DNA of 62,169 nt, counting the filler, from Barthelona sp. PAP020 (taxonomy: Eukaryota): the NCBI GenBank assembly GCA_040182905.1. It is 11 parts of 11 records of this genome, joined end to end, with 100 filler letters (N's around TTAATTAATTAA, not from the genome) between each part and the next. Parts side by side here need not be neighbours in the genome. Positions count along the whole stretch, not along the records: positions 22,976 to 28,560 come from JARQWU010000597.1; positions 28,661 to 34,191 come from JARQWU010000598.1; 9 more parts are not named here. The stretch is one strand, 5' to 3'. The notes below the pieces were generated by a model. That model had not been told where the DNA came from. It saw only the letters and a program-made list of their open reading frames with translations, and searched no databases. Positions 22,976 to 32,680 of this stretch are shown here, piece by piece (within the stretch, counting starts at the first letter, position 1; each line of letters starts with the position of its first letter). Made by a program: the position numbers and the translations under genes.

Positions 22976-23354
22976 TCCAGTGGTGATTTTTATTATTTGT
23001 TGACGTTTTTCTAATGCTTGAGTTCCAGTAACAAAAACGCTATTTTCAAGCTTTGTTGCAGCTTCAATAATCTTTTCAACCTTTGCATCGGATATTCCTT
23101 TAACGTTAGCTAAGTCTTTTCTGGTATGCATAATTATCGATCGAACAGTATGAAATCCTGCAGAAGTCAACTTCTTTACATCTGTTGCAGAAATACCTAA
23201 TGTAGTTAAAGCTTCAATTGGTTGAACATCATCTTCTTCAAGCTGTTCTTCATATTGAGTTTCATCTTCTGATTCTTCAGCATATTCCACTTCACTACAT
23301 TGATTAGTTACATTACAAATGAAAACAAAACTGTCTTTTAACACTTTTTGACAT
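22976..23354 (-). CDS. DMC1: Meiotic recombinase DMC1 (RAD51 family), 5' fragment; probable intron 23295-23331
   Basis: GISATDVKKL..AG..T...IMHTRKDLANVKGISDAKVEKIIEAA...FVTG...KITTG. MHT and FVTG favour DMC1 over RAD51. A 37-nt GT...CTAATCAATGTAG intron links the frame to ATG 23354. Confidence 0.8.
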
Positions 23355-23539
23355 GTTGCAAATAAAAAGAAAAGAAATAAAAAATGCAGGGATAATTTTC
23401 TTTCTTTCTTTTTTTTAAAAGCATTTGCAAATCAAAGTAACAAAATTGAATTGACACAAAAAGCTTTAAATATGCATGTTAAATAAAGATATTAAACAAA
23501 AATGTCGAAAATTTACAAAAAATAATAAAATATTTAAAA

Positions 23540-25540
23540 TTAACTGTTATTGTTGATAGAATTTTCTTCAAATTCTTCACGAATAGGCGCAGGAGCAAAA
23601 GGAGCAATCGAAATATCTTCAGTAACAGGAATGTTTGCATAATCTTCGACTTCTTCAATACTATATTCTTTGGTATTTTTATCAACCAGTAACTTGTATT
23701 TATGATACTTAACAGCTGTAGATCTGTGAGCAACGCTAATCAAAGTTATGCCTTTTCTGCAAGACATAGTATATAATTTGGTTTCAAGTGGTTCATCCAA
23801 AGAAGCCGTGGACTCATCAAGAATAGCATAACTAGGGTGATGGAAAAACATTCTGGCAAAACCAAGACGTTGCTGCTCACCAAGAGATAACATATCTTCC
23901 CAAACTTGAACAGAATCCAAGCCACCACCTCTGGAAGGAAGATCACCAAGATCAACTGCCTCCAACGCCTCCAATAATTGAGAATCGTGATGTTTTATTT
24001 CGTAGGACGTATACGGATAACATAACTGATCTCTAAGAGTACCAATAACAATGTAAGGACGTTGAGGAATAAAGAAAACTCCTTTTCTACCACAACTTCC
24101 TGGCCTATAGACTTTACCACCACATTCATCCCATAAACCAGCAACTGCACGTAAAATCGATGATTTTCCACAACCAGAAGGACCTTGAATAACTGTGGAA
24201 TTACCTCTTGATAAGTCGATTTTTAGATTATTGATCAAACGTCTACCTTGTGGTGTACTTACAGTAATCCCATCAACAACCATCTTGGGTGAATCAATGT
24301 ATATGGTAGCCTTGCTATCCTCATCCGACTCAGAAGGATCCTCAAAAACACCTTGTTTCATTCCTGATAACCCCATTTCACCACGATCCAACGTTTCAAG
24401 ATATTCCATAAGTTCAGCGACACGAGTAGTTGAACCCATTACAACAGAGATATCCTGACCAAATGAAAGAATGGCGGAAAGTGCTGTCAGCAATTGGGTA
24501 ATCAATTGAATCATGGAATTAACGTCAGCCATGTCCATTTCATTTTTCATGACAAAAACGTTTACAATCGGGATAATAAATGCTATAATATTAGAAAATT
24601 GACCAATAAATAAGTTAGCAAAGTTCAAAGGAACATTCAATCTTGCTAATTCGCTGAAATTATCAACAACTTCTTTTAATCGATCTTCAACAATCATGTG
24701 TTCTCTCGATTCACCCTTATAGAAAGCAACCGACTCCGCATACGTTCTAACTCGAACATGAGCAAAACGAAAATCTCCTTCAACCTGATTCTGACGATAA
24801 TTCACCTTGACAACTGGAGACATCAATTGACTATTCAAGAAAACACCAATCAAAAACCAAACAACAGCAATAGCCAAAGAAACAAAAGAACTTTCTTGAA
24901 CAATCTTGTAGGATACCATAGCAATGGTAATGATGTTAAAGAAAATGCCATCTCGGTTCACATTACCAAAAATGCAATCGCAAAAATTCTGTGTCGCTGT
25001 TGTGACATCAGTTGTCAAACGTTGATCAGGATTATCCAAGGTATAGCTACCGTTCTGTAAGATATAATATGATTTGTTGGCAAAATAAAAAGAATGAAGC
25101 TTTGTAACTAATTTCCTTCTCCAAGTGATATAGAATTTTTGAGATAAATAATTAATAATTGTTTGCAAAGTAGTATAACATAAACAATAAATAAGACCAA
25201 GAACAACTCCTTTTAACACAATTGGTTGATCAACAGTGGTAAAACCAACAACAAAAATAATAGTTAATTCATTCGCATTGGAATAAAGCAACGAAACTAA
25301 AACCAATAAGAAAAAAATTGCAATAATATCAAAAGTTCCTTTAGAAAGTAAACGAGGAACTCTTTCCCTAAATAACTTTCCTAAAGCCTTAGTACCACCA
25401 ATATTAATTTGTGTTTCTTCCTCTTCTTCTTCTTCTTCAGCTTCAAAATGTGGTAGTAAATCTACCAAAAAATCAGCCTTTTCAACTAAAGAAGGTTCTG
25501 AATTATGAGGTAATAACAAAGGCTCATCTTCAACTGGCAT
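23540..25540 (-). CDS. ABC transporter subfamily D half-transporter
   Basis: DNPDQR, EGDFRFAHVRVRTYAESVAFY (EAA motif), GPSGCGKSS, FIPQRPY, LSLGEQQRLGFAR, LDESTAS. Confidence 0.93.
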   Translation of the reverse strand: MPVEDEPLLLPHNSEPSLVEKADFLVDLLPHFEAEEEEEEEETQINIGGTKALGKLFRERVPRLLSKGTFDIIAIFFLLVLVSLLYSNANELTIIFVVGFTTVDQPIVLKGVVLGLIYCLCYTTLQTIINYLSQKFYITWRRKLVTKLHSFYFANKSYYILQNGSYTLDNPDQRLTTDVTTATQNFCDCIFGNVNRDGIFFNIITIAMVSYKIVQESSFVSLAIAVVWFLIGVFLNSQLMSPVVKVNYRQNQVEGDFRFAHVRVRTYAESVAFYKGESREHMIVEDRLKEVVDNFSELARLNVPLNFANLFIGQFSNIIAFIIPIVNVFVMKNEMDMADVNSMIQLITQLLTALSAILSFGQDISVVMGSTTRVAELMEYLETLDRGEMGLSGMKQGVFEDPSESDEDSKATIYIDSPKMVVDGITVSTPQGRRLINNLKIDLSRGNSTVIQGPSGCGKSSILRAVAGLWDECGGKVYRPGSCGRKGVFFIPQRPYIVIGTLRDQLCYPYTSYEIKHHDSQLLEALEAVDLGDLPSRGGGLDSVQVWEDMLSLGEQQRLGFARMFFHHPSYAILDESTASLDEPLETKLYTMSCRKGITLISVAHRSTAVKYHKYKLLVDKNTKEYSIEEVEDYANIPVTEDISIAPFAPAPIREEFEENSINNNS

Positions 25541-26560
25541 TATTATAATGTCAAAAATGAAAAAAAAAAGTCTTTGAAGATTTTTTGAAATTTTAATGTT
25601 GCCTTTTATTTAACATTTGATATAACATATGTTTGGAAATCAATCAAATTATGTTTTACATCTTATTTCTTTGAAAATTTATTTTCCATCTTTCATTTTC
25701 CAAACACTTTGCAATTCATTTTGATAAAATCAAAGAATCTAAACAATTTTGAAACAACTAAAAAATCAAAAATAAATATATAACAGTGTTATTATTGTGA
25801 AAAGAAAAATACTTGTTTGTTAATTTAAAAAAGGGATGTTGAATCAAGCAAATTTAACTTTTGCATCTTTTATTTGTATCACTGAAGTGAATTACATTGA
25901 AAAAAGAATGTAAAAAAATAGAAAATATTGAAGATTTTACAAATAACCCTGTTCCCTTTCCGACAAAATGAACAACTCAAACAAAAATGTATTAGTTGAT
26001 GCTATTCAAGGCACATCCTTACCAATAAAAAAGAAAACAACACACACCAAAGAAAAGGACAGCTAAGGATTTATTGAGAAATTAGCTTTCATATTGGAAT
26101 ATTCACAAAAATAGACAAAGAAAGGTTAACATGAACAATGAACTAAATTCAAAAATAAATTATAAACAACTGGATTGAAGAACTGGATTTCAACTTCAAA
26201 TTTGGAAAATCTCAAATAACCTTGTGAAGAAAGGCAAAAAAAGATAGCACAATAATATGCACAGCAAATAAAGCCAATAGATCCAGAAAGTGGCATACAG
26301 CCAACCAAAGAAAAAAATCTGTTTCTCATGTCCAATCATCAATCAAAATTAGACAGACCTTGTGATGGAAACGAAAACTGTTGGATTTGAACTCGAATTA
26401 AAGAACAATAAAAAAAAAACCAAGGAACATCTGCCAAATGAAAATGAAAATGAACCAAATAATTGTTCAAAACAGAAAATTCTCAGTGCATCCCCAAAAT
26501 GATGTTTTGGATCATTTTTCCAACTAATCAATCATCAACTTCATCACTTTCATAATCACT

Positions 26561-27730
26561 TTATTCATTGAAAAATGAGTGCATATTTCCACCCTTCATT
26601 TCATTAATGTCAGATAAATCCCAACATGTGTCAACAATCATGCTATACTCCACTTCATTCATGTATATCCCTGCGGCTACCAATTGTCTTATGAGTTGAG
26701 TATCAATATTCAAAGCCATAAGATTCGACAACACATAGCCACCATCCCTTGACAATCGAATGAGTTCTGCCTCATGTGAAGGGTCATAGTCAATGACAAT
26801 TGAATAGATTTTGATGACATTCCCTGCACATTTTCCACACGCTATTTGTGTCTTATCAGGGGATATAGCAAAGGAAAAATGGGAAGAGTCACAACCACAA
26901 TGCACCTTTTGAATTTGCTGATAAGTTTCAACATTAAATGAAGTAATATAACCATCACCAGACATAATAAGCAGGATATAGGGTGATAAGAAATGAAGAC
27001 AGTATACTTGACCACCCATATCAAATGTATGAATGAGTGATCCGTCGTCCATGTTCCAGAGTTTGACTTTGTTTGAACGATCACCAATAGCAATCATTCT
27101 TTCAGTTGGGTGGAAATCAATAGCTCTAATTTCGCCACCTTGACTGAATGTACGAACAACAAACAAATTATCTGGGTCAACCAACTTGACAATATCACCA
27201 CCTCCAGTCAAAAGATATTTACCATCCGTTGAAAGTTTCACACTCCAAACCCCATTATTCTGAATACTTTTTTCTAAGACAATTCTCCCATTATTTATGT
27301 CATCTTTCGTAAGAGTTCCATTGTAATCACTATAATATACATAATTTGAACAAGAAGAAAAACAAATTCCATAAATAAAAGTTCCACCATTCAATCTACA
27401 CAAGATAGAGAAATCTGGAAGGCTGTATACAATGATAGACATATCACCAGAACATGTTGCCAACTTCTGCCCATTTGGTGAAATGGCAATACCAAAAACA
27501 GAGCTTGTATGGTCTTTCAATGTACGATTCAATATTCCAGTTGCTACATCAATAACATAAACAGCTGCACGACTACTAACAACCAATTGTTTACCATTTG
27601 GCAAGTACTTACTGTCAAAGAAATAATCAGAAATCACATTTGCAATTTCAACTTCACTATTTTCATCAATCTTTGGAGGAAATAAACCACGTATAAACTC
27701 TCCTATTTCACCACTTAATTCAACAGACAT
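26561..27730 (-). CDS. Variable WD40 family copy 3, complete: propeller plus ~65-aa C-terminal module
   Basis: ATG 27730 (MSVELSGEIGEF) aligns with the paralog starts; the ORF is uninterrupted. Confidence 0.9.
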   Translation of the reverse strand: MSVELSGEIGEFIRGLFPPKIDENSEVEIANVISDYFFDSKYLPNGKQLVVSSRAAVYVIDVATGILNRTLKDHTSSVFGIAISPNGQKLATCSGDMSIIVYSLPDFSILCRLNGGTFIYGICFSSCSNYVYYSDYNGTLTKDDINNGRIVLEKSIQNNGVWSVKLSTDGKYLLTGGGDIVKLVDPDNLFVVRTFSQGGEIRAIDFHPTERMIAIGDRSNKVKLWNMDDGSLIHTFDMGGQVYCLHFLSPYILLIMSGDGYITSFNVETYQQIQKVHCGCDSSHFSFAISPDKTQIACGKCAGNVIKIYSIVIDYDPSHEAELIRLSRDGGYVLSNLMALNIDTQLIRQLVAAGIYMNEVEYSMIVDTCWDLSDINEMKGGNMHSFFNE

Positions 27731-28057
27731 AATAAACAAACAAAAAAAAAAGAAATGAAATGGAAAAAACACTGAAATTGGGGATTAACTGGAAAATTTC
27801 AAGATTTTTCCAAAATTCAAATTGCAAATATTCACCTTATGTCAATGAACGATGTTGACAAATATTCATTGGGTGCAGTTGTTTTGTTTTCAGATTTGGT
27901 TGAACTCTTCTTTCTTTAATTCTTACTAAACTATGAGCTATACAATCTATTCGGGAGATTAAGGGGTTATGATATTAAATTATGGCTATTTTCTCTGTTT
28001 ATTATGTGGAATTGGTGTTTGTAACATTAAGCATTTATATAGACTTCGATAATTTCT

Positions 28058-28560
28058 TTTTATTTTTCTTCTTCTACGAACCTTTTCCACAGCTTATCCA
28101 AATCAGAGACTGGGAACCTCAATTGATTAATAAATAATAAACTTCAATCTTTATTCTTTTTCGGGGGTTCTTGTTAAAGGAGTAACGTGTTACAGAGTGG
28201 TTTCAGCAATGAAAAGAAACATTCCACAAGGGTTGTTTAACAATAATTTTTGCCGTTATGAAGAGTGGGTTCAAGAACTCTTCTCAGGAATCAAATTCAA
28301 AGAGATCAAAAAAGAGGATGCTAATGCTAAACTCCTTTATAATGAAGCTGTATCAATTTTCATAATAGCGTTGTATGTGGCTAACTTCCAAAGATAACCC
28401 CAGAAGATGCGTTACACACAGATGAAGATCTCACACTCAATGGTTGTTGTGTCTGACTGATAAACACAATTGGTAAAGAAGAAGATTATGGTACAGTAGG
28501 GTATGAAAGTATATTATTCTTTGCTGAAGTAGAAAGAATAGGACAGGTATTGCTGTTCAA
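28058..28560 (+). mobile_element. Repeat B, second copy, cut by the contig end
   Basis: Reverse-complement match to 15384-15887, including the decayed MKRNIPQG... frame. Confidence 0.6.
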
Positions 28561-28660
28561 NNNNNNNNNNNNNNNNNNNNNNNNNNNNNNNNNNNNNNNN
28601 NNNNTTAATTAATTAANNNNNNNNNNNNNNNNNNNNNNNNNNNNNNNNNNNNNNNNNNNN

Positions 28661-30391
28661 GCTGATGTTTGGTCATTTGGTGTAATGTTGGCTCAGGTCA
28701 TTTCTGGGTTTGTTCCATTTGATGGGTTGACTGAGTTTCAAATTGCTGTTAAATTGAGTAGGGGACAACTTCCGTATAGCAAGGAATTGTTGGACACAAT
28801 ACCTGGGTTTGGAATTATTAAGAGGTGTTTGGCTGTTGAGGCAGATGCTAGGCCAACGTTTAGCGAGATCACTGAGTATTTACAGATGCTGATTGAGCGT
28901 TTCGAGGGGTTAGGATTCGACGAGAAGAGGTTGGTGAAGGAGAATGCTGTGTTGAAAGAGGAAAATAAGATTTATGAGGAAAGGGTTCAGAGTTTAACAA
29001 GGAAGGTTGATGAGTTAAATGAGGAAAGAAATGAATGCATGAATGAAAAAAAAAAATTAATCCATGAAAATGGTCAGTTGAAAGAAGAAACAGAGAAATT
29101 GACAAGTCACAACCAAGAATTAATTAATCAAATGGCCAATTTTATGGAAGAAAAAAAAAACTGGATGAATAAAAACCAAGAATTAGTCAATAAAGTGAAC
29201 AAGCATATGGAAGAAAAAAGAACCTGGATGAATGAAAAGCAAGAATTAACAAATCAAGTCCATCATTTGACAAACCAATTGAATGAACTTATGAATAACA
29301 ATGATAGAAAACAATCAGTTGAAAATAGAAAGCAAGTTGTTTCAACCTGTTTAACCAACCAATTGAATGAGCTTTTGGATAACAATAATCAAGATCAACA
29401 CAGTAAAAATAGAAATCAAGTTATTCGTACAGTCGAAAGGTTTGAAGAAAGTCCTGCTTTTAATGAGGAATTTCCTAATAAATTTGTTCATGCCCTTGAT
29501 TACAGCCCTGATGGACGGTTTTTTGCGGTTGCTGGATACGGCAACAAATTACTCAGAGTCTTCAACGCTGAAACACATGAAATTATGCATGAAGGCCAGT
29601 ATGTAAACACTATTGGTCTCAATTTCAGTCCCAACTCCAAATTATTGGCTGTTGGTGGTAGTTTTGGTGATAGTACAGCAATTCATATCATTGAGGTTGA
29701 TACATGGAGAACATTAAGAGTAATTAGGCCTAAAGCAAGGAATGTAATGGGCGTGTGGTTTTCACATGATGGCATTCCAGCGAATGTATTGAATTTGTGG
29801 TTCTCACCAGATGGAAAACTGCTTTATTTTGGTATGGAGTTTGGTTACATCGCCATATACACTGTCGAAGGACAGAAGTTGCATGAATCTCGAGCTCATG
29901 AAAAAATTGTTCAATCTGTACGTATCAGCCCCGACATGAAGTACTTTGCATCTGTCAGCAATGATAAATGTTCAAAGTTATTTTCATTAGAGACGTATGA
30001 AGAGCTTCACACGTGGAGTCATGACAGAAAGAGTGTCGGCTCAGGCAACTTCTCACCTGATAGTGCTATTTGGGCAACAGGTGATGACAGTGGTACAGTC
30101 AGGATATTTAATGTTGAATCCAGAGAGTTGATGGGAAAGTGGAAGGTTCATAACAACAGCATATACTCAATTATCTTCTCCCAAGATGGTTCACTGATCT
30201 ATTCTGGTTCTACTGATAAATCTTTTGCTGTGATTCGAAGAGAAACTGGTCAAGTGTTGCAGAAAGTGGATGTATCTTTTGGGATTTATATTATGGCCCT
30301 CAGCCATGATGGAACTCGTTTGTTATGCAGTGGAAAAAAAAGCAACAGAGAAAATGTCCCAATCCAAGAATTCATTGCTTCAGACCTGTAA
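28661..30391 (+). CDS. Protein kinase (C-lobe only visible) + coiled coil + WD40 propeller; 5' truncated
   Basis: Frame open from the contig start: ADVWSFGVML...PF...IIKRCL....ARPTF (subdomains IX-XI), then heptad repeats, then YSPDG/FSPDG/ISPD/FSQDG blades. Confidence 0.9.
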   Translation, partial: ADVWSFGVMLAQVISGFVPFDGLTEFQIAVKLSRGQLPYSKELLDTIPGFGIIKRCLAVEADARPTFSEITEYLQMLIERFEGLGFDEKRLVKENAVLKEENKIYEERVQSLTRKVDELNEERNECMNEKKKLIHENGQLKEETEKLTSHNQELINQMANFMEEKKNWMNKNQELVNKVNKHMEEKRTWMNEKQELTNQVHHLTNQLNELMNNNDRKQSVENRKQVVSTCLTNQLNELLDNNNQDQHSKNRNQVIRTVERFEESPAFNEEFPNKFVHALDYSPDGRFFAVAGYGNKLLRVFNAETHEIMHEGQYVNTIGLNFSPNSKLLAVGGSFGDSTAIHIIEVDTWRTLRVIRPKARNVMGVWFSHDGIPANVLNLWFSPDGKLLYFGMEFGYIAIYTVEGQKLHESRAHEKIVQSVRISPDMKYFASVSNDKCSKLFSLETYEELHTWSHDRKSVGSGNFSPDSAIWATGDDSGTVRIFNVESRELMGKWKVHNNSIYSIIFSQDGSLIYSGSTDKSFAVIRRETGQVLQKVDVSFGIYIMALSHDGTRLLCSGKKSNRENVPIQEFIASDL

Positions 30392-30709
30392 AATTTCACA
30401 TCAAATTTTGCTTTTATATTCATGATTATATGTTTCACCTCGCTTCTCAGGTTCTACAACTTGTAAATTAAAAACACATTTTCATTTCACCATTTAATTC
30501 ATTTTTATACTGTTCTTCCACCAAACGAATCACTCCACATATGACAACATCAACCACGCGTCAACCAAATGAACCAAAACAATTGAACAATTTGAGAAAT
30601 TGGACGTCTTCAAGATTTTGTCATTTCATTTCAGCGATATCTTTCATGAGCTCAAAAAAGGTCAAAGGTGAAAAAATTTTCAACAAAAAAAAAACAACCC
30701 TACACTTTA

Positions 30710-31741
30710 TCAAAGCTCTACTTGACGATTGAATTCAAGTTCTAAATCAAGAAATTGCAAACTTAAACACTGTAACGATAATAAATCTGAAATTGTATCA
30801 TTTGAAAGGAATTGAATACTAGAAACCTGAAAGTTTGAGGAAAAGAAAATCATATTTTCTGTTAATTTGCCAATCAATTGGGATTTTTCAAAATTAAAAC
30901 TAAAGATAACATCTGAGGTGAGATTGTAATCATAAATTTGAATCAATGATTTTAACAACGAAATTATAGCATTCTTTTTGTAAATTACTTGACTATTTAT
31001 GGAATTTTTGCAAATTTGAAAAAAAATCGGAATTTTCAAAGTTTCATAATCAAAATTATTACTTTTTGAAGAAAAAAAAGACTTTTTCAATAAATTAACT
31101 GTAGTTGACAACTTATTTGTCGCATTTTCATTTTTTACATCAGTATTTTCATTTGCAGGAATTAATCTGGGTGTTTCAATCAATTCCATTTTTTCTTGAA
31201 TATCTTTATTTTCGTTTTTCTTGTTTTCACAAGTCCAAACTGCAAAAACTAAATCATTTGGACATTCAAAACCTTTGTAAAATTGTTTAAAACTTTCAAT
31301 AAAACTATTTTCCAAACACTTTTTTAGTGAAGGATTAAACCCTCTTAATTGTATACCTGTTTGTGCAAAACTCGTGGAATTGAAAGCATCATTATGTTTA
31401 TGATCAGAAAATTGATTTTCAAAAGTTTCAATAAATTCATTTGATAAATTTATCAATAAATATTGAGATAAATCTTCTTTCAATTGGATATCTGTTATTA
31501 TTACAGATAACAAATCATATTTTGGTATACGATAATAATAAACAAGTGATTGATCAAAAGATATATTCTCTAAGTATTCTATATCTAAATCATCACTAAG
31601 ATTTTGACAATTAGCCCGAATTACAAACAAAAATTGTAAAGTATCATCAATCGGATTATTTGATATTAATGTTGAATCACTTAATACTTTTGAATAAATT
31701 ATATTACCTCCTGGTAATGTGTATACAACAAATGCTTGCAT
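30710..31741 (-). CDS. Hypothetical protein, possible N-terminal longin-like fold
   Basis: 343-aa ORF; the N-terminus FVVYTLPGGNIIYSK resembles longin strands 1-2 (weak). Confidence 0.6.
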   Translation of the reverse strand: MQAFVVYTLPGGNIIYSKVLSDSTLISNNPIDDTLQFLFVIRANCQNLSDDLDIEYLENISFDQSLVYYYRIPKYDLLSVIITDIQLKEDLSQYLLINLSNEFIETFENQFSDHKHNDAFNSTSFAQTGIQLRGFNPSLKKCLENSFIESFKQFYKGFECPNDLVFAVWTCENKKNENKDIQEKMELIETPRLIPANENTDVKNENATNKLSTTVNLLKKSFFSSKSNNFDYETLKIPIFFQICKNSINSQVIYKKNAIISLLKSLIQIYDYNLTSDVIFSFNFEKSQLIGKLTENMIFFSSNFQVSSIQFLSNDTISDLLSLQCLSLQFLDLELEFNRQVEL

Positions 31742-31858
31742 AACATGCTTAAAAAATAAATAAACAAATAATCAATGTGTTTAAAATAAAAATGGACTAT
31801 ATATTTATTTAACATACAAATACATGTATATCATAAAAAAATTAAAAAGAAAAAGAGT

Positions 31859-32500
31859 TTAAAGAACAGGACTTTGTTTAATTTCAATTTCTTTGTTGTT
31901 GAGATTTTGATTTGAATTTCTGTGTTTTGTTTCCTTTTCGGTTTTGTCTTTGTTTTTTTTGTGCTTTGATTTTTTTTTGTCTTTGTTCAGCGTCTCAGTT
32001 TTTTCAGTTTTTTTGCTTTTTTTTCTTTTCTTCTTTTCATCTTCTGTGCTTTTGTTTTTTTGTTGATTCTCATTTTCCTGTGCTCCCGTTTGCTCAACAG
32101 CAATTTTTTTTTCTTTTTTGAATTTTTCACTGGCCATTTCTAATCTTTTATTTTTACCAACCATATGAGGTCGATAGTTAATGACACCACCATTCTTTTC
32201 ATAAATATCATACACATCTAGCATGTTTGTTTCTTGTTCATTATTAGAATCAGAATCAGAATCAGAATCAGTTTCCGAAAAATCTGAATTCTTACAAGTA
32301 TTTTGAAGATTTTTGGAAGAAGATGCGAATACATCTTCCCACCATCTTTTTTGATTTTCTTTTTTAAAACCTAAGCCTTGATTTTCAATTGAATCTTGAA
32401 TTCGAATATGATTTTTCATACCTTGATTTTTTTCGCCTAATCCAACAGAGGTATCTCCCCCTAAATCTTTTAAAATACTTAATCCAATATTTTCGTTCAT
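31859..32500 (-). CDS. G-patch protein with lysine-rich tail (GPATCH4/Tma23-like)
   Basis: NIGLSILKDLGG...GLGEKNQG...QGLGF, then WWEDVF, then a KKE/K-rich C-terminus. Confidence 0.8.
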   Translation of the reverse strand: MNENIGLSILKDLGGDTSVGLGEKNQGMKNHIRIQDSIENQGLGFKKENQKRWWEDVFASSSKNLQNTCKNSDFSETDSDSDSDSNNEQETNMLDVYDIYEKNGGVINYRPHMVGKNKRLEMASEKFKKEKKIAVEQTGAQENENQQKNKSTEDEKKKRKKSKKTEKTETLNKDKKKSKHKKNKDKTEKETKHRNSNQNLNNKEIEIKQSPVL

Positions 32501-32680
32501 TCAAATCAAAAAAAAGAAAATAAAAATTGAGGTTAGTGTCAAACCCAAAATATTTTTCTTTTTTTCTGTCCAATATAAAATTTAACCATTGTTTATTTCA
32601 ACAATATATCCTTCAACCTAAGTTTAGACAGTTATTGCAGAAAAAACAAACAAATAATTATGTACAATTTTACTATACAA

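Noticed and set aside
28058..28700. Apparent linkage of repeat B/WD40 copy 3 with the kinase-WD40 gene
   Set aside because: They are separated by an artificial spacer and lie on different contigs.
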